Shown one piece after another: positions 58,781 to 64,000 of a stretch of DNA of 64,000 nucleotides; position 1 is the stretch's first letter, and every line of letters starts with the position of its first letter. Source of the stretch: Thermoanaerobaculia bacterium. GTDB taxonomy: Bacteria; Acidobacteriota; Thermoanaerobaculia; Multivoradales; JAIOJS01. The stretch is from contig CAWDWV010000002.1 in the NCBI GenBank assembly GCA_963806095.1, positions 1,453,949 through 1,517,948 on the forward strand, in the 5' to 3' direction. The notes below the pieces were generated by a model. That model made no database searches. It had not been told where the DNA came from and was given only the letters and a program-made list of their open reading frames with translations. The position numbers and the translations under genes are program-made.

Positions 58781-60195
58781 TCACACGCGCGGCGCTTCGA
58801 CGCTTGTCGCTGCAACGCGCGCGAGGCGCGGGCGCACGACCTCGGCGAGGAACTCGCGCGTCTGCGTAGCGGCGCGGCCGGTGAAGCGCGACGGCTCGAG
58901 CGCCGCTTCCATCTCGGCTGTGCTGAGCCCGAAGGCCGCATCGCCGGCGACGCTGGCGGCGAGCGGATTGGCGTCGCCGTGCTCGACTGCCGCCTGCGCG
59001 TCGAGGGAGTGCTTGCGCAGCCGCTCGTGCAGGTCCTGGCGGTCGCCGCCGCGCAGCGAGGCGGTCATCAGCCAGCTCTCGGTGGCCATGAAGGGCAGCT
59101 CCTGCCGGACTCGCCGCGCCACCGTCTCCTCGCGCACGCGGAGCCCTGCGCGATGTGCGCGGCCAGGTTCGCGCAGGCATCCGCCGTCAGGAACGAGTCG
59201 GGGATCACCAGCCGCCGGTTGGCGGAGTCGTCGAGGCTGCGCTCGAGCCACTGCGTCGCCGTGTTGAGCGGCCCGTTCGCGGCGTCGGTGAGCAGCCGCC
59301 GCGCCAGACCGCACATGCGCTCGGCGCGCACCGGGTTGCGCTTGTAGGCCATCGCCGAGGAGCCGACCTGCGCCTCGTCGAAGGGCTCGGCGAGCTCGCC
59401 GACGCCCTGCAGCAGCCGTAGGTCGGTGCCGAGCTTGTGGCAGCTCTCGCCGATCCCGGCCAACACGAAGAGCACCTGCGAGTCCTGTTTGCGCGAGTAG
59501 GTCTGGCCGGTGACCGGGAAGCTGCTGGCGAAGCCGAGCCGCTCGGCGAGCCGGCGGTCGAGCTCGCGCACCTTCGCCTCGTCGCCGTCGAACAGCGTCA
59601 GGAAGCTCGCCTGAGTCCCCGTCGTGCCCTTGACGCCGCGGCAGCGCAGCTCGCGTCTCCGGCGCTCGACCTCGTCGAGGTCGATCAGGAAGTCCTGGAT
59701 CCACAGGCAGGCCCGCTTGCCGACGGTGGTGAGCTGCGCCGGCTGGAAGTGGGTGTACGCGAGGCAGGGCAGCTCCGCCCACCGCTCCGCGAAGTCGGCG
59801 AGCGCGGCGACCACCGCCGCGAGCCGCCCCTCCAACAGCTGCAGCCCTTCGCGCTGCAGCAGCACGTCCGCGTTGTCGGTGAGGAAGGCGCTCGTCGCGC
59901 CGAGGTGGAGCACGCCGCCCGCCTCGCCCGCCAGCTCGGCGAAGTGCCGTAGGTGCGCCACGACGTCGTGCCGCGTCGCCCGCTCGAGCTCGGCGACGCG
60001 CGCGAAGTCGATCTCGCCCTCGACCCGCGCCAGCGACGCCAGCTGCTCGCGGCCGATCGGCAGCCCCAGCTCCGCCTGCGTCTCCGCCAGTGCCACCCAC
60101 AGCCGCCGCCACGTCAGGTACCGGTGCCGCGGCGAGAAGATCGCCGCCATCTCGCGGCTCGCGTAGCGGTCGTAGAGGGGGTTGGTGGGCTCCAT
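58781..60195 (-). CDS. purB: Adenylosuccinate lyase; one frameshift near 59150
   Basis: 'NPLYDRYASREMAAIFSP', 'HLGATSAFLTDN', 'LAYTHFQPAQLTT', the fumarate-lyase signature 'GSSAMAYKRNP', and the C-terminal domain 'ELPFMATESWLMTASLRGGDRQDLHERLR' in the frame of ORF 58781..60763. Confidence 0.9.
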
Positions 60196-60343
60196 CGTCG
60201 GGCGATTCTCCTACACGTGCCCTCTGATACCATCCCGCGCCGGCGGCGGCCCGCCTTCCTCGGCCCCACCACCTCGAGATACCCGGCTTCCGCGGTCGGC
60301 TCCTCCGCCCGCGACCGCAGCCGAGGATCGGGAGCTCACCCCC

Positions 60344-61614
60344 ATGCCGCTTTCGGTGTACTCGGAGATCGGCCGCCTGCGCCGCGTGCTGCTTGCACCG
60401 CCCCGGGCGCGAGATCGACTGGATGGTGCCCGCGATGATGGAGCACCTCCTCTTCGACGACATCCTCGACGGCGAGGAGGCGCGCGGCGAGCACGACACC
60501 TTCCGCACCCTTCTCGAGCGGCTCGGCGTCGAGACCCTCGACGCGACGCAGCTGCTCGCCGACGTCCTCGGCCACGACGACGCGTCCCGCCGCGAGCTGC
60601 TCGACGAGCTCGCCGCGCCCCACCACCGCATCTCGGAGCGGGCCTTGGGTCGGCTGCGCGAGCTGCCGCCGGCCGAGCTCGCGGCCGCCCTCGTCGGCGG
60701 CCTGCGAGGAGACGAACCGCCCCGCCGCGGCGCCGGCCTCTTCGACATGCTGCCGGTGCCCAACTACTTCTTCCAGCGCGATCCGCAGATCGTCGTCGGC
60801 AACCGCGTCGTGGTGTCGTCGATGGCGACCGAGGCGCGCGAGCGCGAGCCGGTGCTGGCGGCGAGCATCTTCCGCCACCACCCGGCGCTGCAGGGTTACG
60901 AGGACCTCTTCGCCGTCCACTCGCCGCCGCACGAGGCGCCGGACTACGGGCCCATCTACCCGTACCCGAGCCTCGAAGGAGGCGACGTGCTGGTGGTGTC
61001 GCCCGAGCTGCTGCTCGTCGGCATCAGCGAGCGCACCAATCGCCGCGGCCTCGAGGCGCTGGCCGACTACCTGCGCCGCGAGGACACGCCGTTCCGCCAC
61101 CTCATCGCCGTCGAGCTGCCGCCGCGCCGCGCCTTCATGCACCTCGACACCGTGTTCACGCTCGTCGACCACCACCTCTGCATCGGCTATGCGCCGGTCG
61201 TCGAACCCGACGGCCCCGAGTCGGCGCGCGTCTACCGCGTCGACCTCGGCAGCGGCGAGCTGACGTTCACGCTGCAGCCGTCGCTGCTCGGCGCGCTGGC
61301 TGCCCTCGGCGTGGAGCTCGAGATGGTGCCCTGCGGCGGGCGACGACTTCCTCGAGCAGCAGCGCGAGCAGTGGACCGACGGCGCCAACGCCTTCGCGGT
61401 GGCGCCGGGCGTCATCTTCCTCTACCACAAGAACCGCCACACGACGGACGGCCTGGCGGCGCGCGGCTGGCGGGTGCTCACCGAGGAGGAGGCGCTGCAG
61501 GCGCCCGACCTCGGCAGTGGCCACACCGTCATCACCTTCTCCGGCCGCGAGCTCTCACGCGCCCGCGGCGGCCCGCGCTGCATGACCATGCCCCTCGAAC
61601 GCGACAGCCCGTAG
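60344..61614 (+). CDS. arcA: Arginine deiminase; two frameshifts
   Basis: 'VYSEIGRLRRVLL' (frame of ORF 60182..). 'LLFDDILDGEEARGEHDTF', 'NYFFQRDPQIVVGN', 'LEGGDVLV', 'FMHLDTVFT' (frame 60393..). 'REQWTDGANAFAVAPGVIFLY' and the catalytic 'GGPRCMTMPLERD' (frame 61399..61614). Confidence 0.85.
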
Positions 61615-61625
61615 GAGACCCGCAC

Positions 61626-62555
61626 GTGCCCCACTTCATCTCCATCCACGACTTGACCGCCGACCAGGTGGAGTCGATCTTCTCGCTCACCGCTGACTTG
61701 AAGCGCGAGCCCCAGCGCTTCGCCACCGCCCTCGCCGGCAAGACCCTGGCGATGATCTTCGAGAAGTCCTCGACCCGCACGCGGGTGAGCTTCGAGGTGG
61801 GGATGACCCAGCTCGGCGGCCACGCGCTCTTCCTCTCGTCGCGCGACATCCAGCTCGGCCGCGGCGAGCCGATCTCCGACACCGCCCAGGTGCTGTCGCG
61901 CTACGTCGACGGCATCATGGCGCGCACCTTCGCCCACCAGACGGTGACCGACCTCGCCGCGCTACGGCAGCGTGCCGGTGATCAACGGCCTCACCGACGA
62001 GCTCCACCCCTGCCAGGGCATGGCCGACTACTTCACGCTGCGCGAGGTCTTCGGCGACCTGCGCGGGCGGCAAGATCGCCTACGTCGGCGACGGCAACAA
62101 CATGGCCCACTCGCTGATGTTCGGCGGCCGCCAAGGTGGGGATGGACATCGCCGTGGCGACGCCTCCCGGCTTCGAGTGCAAGCCGCACTACGTCGAGCT
62201 GGCGCGGCAGGACGCCGTGGCGGCCGGCACCACGCTGACCGTCACCCACGACCCGCGCGAAGCGGTAGCCGGCGCCTCCGCCGTCTACACCGACGTCTGG
62301 GCGTCGATGGGCCAGGAGGCGGAAGCCGAGGCGCGGCGCCAGGCCTTCGCCGGCTGGACGGTCGACGACGCGCTGATGGCCCTGGCGCGTCCCGAGGCGG
62401 TCTTCCTGCACTGCCTGCCGGCACACCGCGGCGAGGAGGTGGCCGCCGAGGTGATCGACGGCCCGCAGAGCCGCATCTTCGACGAGGCGGAGAACCGCCT
62501 GCACGTGCAGAAGGCGATCATGCTCTGGCTGTTGCTTGCCCCCCCCGCGGGCTGA
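61626..62555 (+). CDS. argF: Ornithine carbamoyltransferase; about 3 frameshifts
   Basis: '[13 protein letters not shown]', 'DGIMARTF', '[18 protein letters not shown]', '[14 protein letters not shown]', '[12 protein letters not shown]', '[13 protein letters not shown]'. The pieces are spread over three frames. A GTG start lies 12 nt after the arcA stop. Confidence 0.85.
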
Positions 62556-62615
62556 GCCCGCTGCCGCCCCCCACCCGACCCCTCCCCTGGGTTTATCTCA
62601 CCCCTGTCCCCCCTT

Positions 62616-62641
62616 CCCCCTGCCCCTCCAGGGGCAGGGGG
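62616..62641. repeat. Intergenic hairpin preceded by a C-rich tract (REP-like family, copy 2); possible argF terminator
   Basis: CCCCCTGCCCCT-CC-AGGGGCAGGGGG forms a 12-bp stem. It is preceded by 'atctcacccctgtccccccttccccc'. The layout matches 21981-22020. Confidence 0.5.
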
Positions 62642-62705
62642 CGCCCCCACCCGGCCTCGCTTCACCAAAGCTGCCCGAACCCCGCTGGTAAGATCGCTGG
62701 GCACC

Positions 62706-64000
62706 ATGTTCAGGCTCCGCGGCGTCATCGACGGCAGGGAGCGCTTCTTCCCCCTGGAGAGCGACGAGGTCCGCCTCGGTCGCGGTAGCGACAACGACGT
62801 CGTGCTGCCCGACTTCTCGGTGTCGCGCCGCCACGCCGCGCTGCGCCGCGAGCCGGGCGGCTGGTTCGTCTACGACCTCAAGAGCACCAACGGCGTGCAG
62901 GTCAACGGCGTCACCGTCAAGAAGGCGCCGCTGCGCACCGCCGACCGCCTCAAGGTCGGCATCTTCGAGTTCCTCGTCGAGGGCGAGCTCACCCACGAGG
63001 CGGGACCGACGACGGCGCTCGACCAGGCCGGCGTGGTCCCCCCCGGCGGCGCGCATCCGGCGGCCGGCATCTCGTCGGCCACCATCGTCCGCCGCCTTGC
63101 CGACTTCTCGGCCGACTACGGGCTCGAGCAGATCCTCTCCCCCGAGCGCCGCCGCGAGGACAAGCGCAAGGCGCTCGACCAGGCCTACAGCAACACCATC
63201 TTCGGCATCATGACGCGGCTGGCGCGGCTGCTCATCCGCGCCAACTCGGCCTACGAGGTGCTCGAGACGGTGGTCTCCATCGGCTTCGAGGCGCTCTCCG
63301 TCGACCGCGGCTTCATCCTGCTGCGCGACGACCGCACCGGCGAGCTGATCTGCGAGCTGTCGCGCGTCGGCGACAAGGTGGAGATCCGGCCCGCCGAGGT
63401 GCCGGTGTCGCGCACCATGCTCGAGGCGGTGATCAAGGAGCGCGTGGCGCTGCTCACCTACGACGCGCAGTCCGACGAGCGCCTCGCCACCGGCGAGTCG
63501 ATCCGCATCCACCACATCCGCTCGGCGATGTGCGCGCCGCTGTGGTCGGGCGACAACATCATCGGCGTCATGCAGGTGGACTCGCCGTTCCACGCCGGCA
63601 CCTTCAACGAAGGGGACCTCGACCTCTTCACCGCGCTCGCCAACTACGCGGCGGTGGCGGTGGAGCGCATCCGCAACGCCGAGCGCGTCGAGTTCGAGAA
63701 GCAGATGCGCAGCCGGCTCGAGCGCTACCACTCCCCGGCGGTGATCGAGCTGGTGATGTCGCAGGAAGGGGCCGACGCCGAGCAAGCGGCGCACCGCCTG
63801 AAGTCGGCGCGCGTCACCGTGCTGTTCGCCGACGTCGTCGGCTTCACGCCGATGGCGGAGAACCTGCCGCCGGAGGAGGTCGCCGAGGTGCTCGAGGGGT
63901 TCTTCACCCACTCGGTGGAGGCGATCTTCGCCAACGGCGGCACCCTCGACAAGTTCATCGGCGACTGCGTGATGGCGTTCTTCGGGGCACCCATGCCGCA
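62706..64000 (+). CDS. FHA domain - GAF domain - class III adenylate/guanylate cyclase (partial, runs off the window)
   Basis: This ORF is not in the ORF track because it is open-ended; the translation is mine from ATG 62706. FHA text: 'VRLGRGSDNDVVLPDFSVSRRHAAL...YDLKSTNGVQVNG'. GAF text: 'VDRGFILLRDD...SAMCAPLW..DNIIGVMQVDS'. Cyclase text: 'VTVLFADVVGFTPMAE...GGTLDKFIGDCVMAFFGAP'. Confidence 0.85.
   Translation, partial: MFRLRGVIDGRERFFPLESDEVRLGRGSDNDVVLPDFSVSRRHAALRREPGGWFVYDLKSTNGVQVNGVTVKKAPLRTADRLKVGIFEFLVEGELTHEAGPTTALDQAGVVPPGGAHPAAGISSATIVRRLADFSADYGLEQILSPERRREDKRKALDQAYSNTIFGIMTRLARLLIRANSAYEVLETVVSIGFEALSVDRGFILLRDDRTGELICELSRVGDKVEIRPAEVPVSRTMLEAVIKERVALLTYDAQSDERLATGESIRIHHIRSAMCAPLWSGDNIIGVMQVDSPFHAGTFNEGDLDLFTALANYAAVAVERIRNAERVEFEKQMRSRLERYHSPAVIELVMSQEGADAEQAAHRLKSARVTVLFADVVGFTPMAENLPPEEVAEVLEGFFTHSVEAIFANGGTLDKFIGDCVMAFFGAPMP

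Overview
High-GC bacterial chromosomal segment. Sampled 60-nt lines are about 70-75% G+C. It is gene-dense, and I found no rRNA, tRNA, CRISPR array, integrase or transposase.

Genes in order:
- A frameshifted TonB-dependent receptor and a hypothetical exported protein.
- mqnA, then a DprE1-like/DprE2-like epimerase pair, then an MqnC/MqnE-type radical-SAM ORF that runs in frame into a Hanks Ser/Thr kinase.
- Two tandem GT-C-like membrane glycosyltransferase paralogs and an O-antigen-ligase-like protein.
- lat plus an ALDH7-type dehydrogenase, a route from lysine to alpha-aminoadipate.
- A four-gene MacAB-like efflux operon.
- A moxR-DUF58-batABCD aerotolerance-type operon that ends in a GAF-GGDEF cyclase.
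- A 1686-aa secreted protein with two 7-bladed lectin-like propellers nested in an Asp-box propeller.
- A housekeeping block: rsmA, ftsK, a sulfotransferase, fmt, rsmB, HU, a GT2, moaC, a DUF1343 protein, a class-V aminotransferase, serA, ddl, rlpA, purB, arcA, argF.
- A partial FHA-GAF-adenylate cyclase at the window edge.

The outlier is a ~3.4-kb island of lower G+C (about 48-58% in sampled lines) at 25.4-28.9 kb. It holds one long reading frame for a TIR-NACHT (STAND/NLR-like) protein with an unassigned C-terminal sensor region. That frame is interrupted by exactly one in-frame TGA. This is my best candidate for a novel defence-type system.

Other notable points:
- A possible polyprenyl-phospho-arabinose-type glycosylation cluster.
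- A perfect 155-bp tandem duplication.
- Several REP-like palindrome families.
- A patchy distribution of frameshifts: many conserved genes are broken while long accessory ORFs are intact. This may be assembly error.

All family assignments come from reading motifs by eye; no searches were run.
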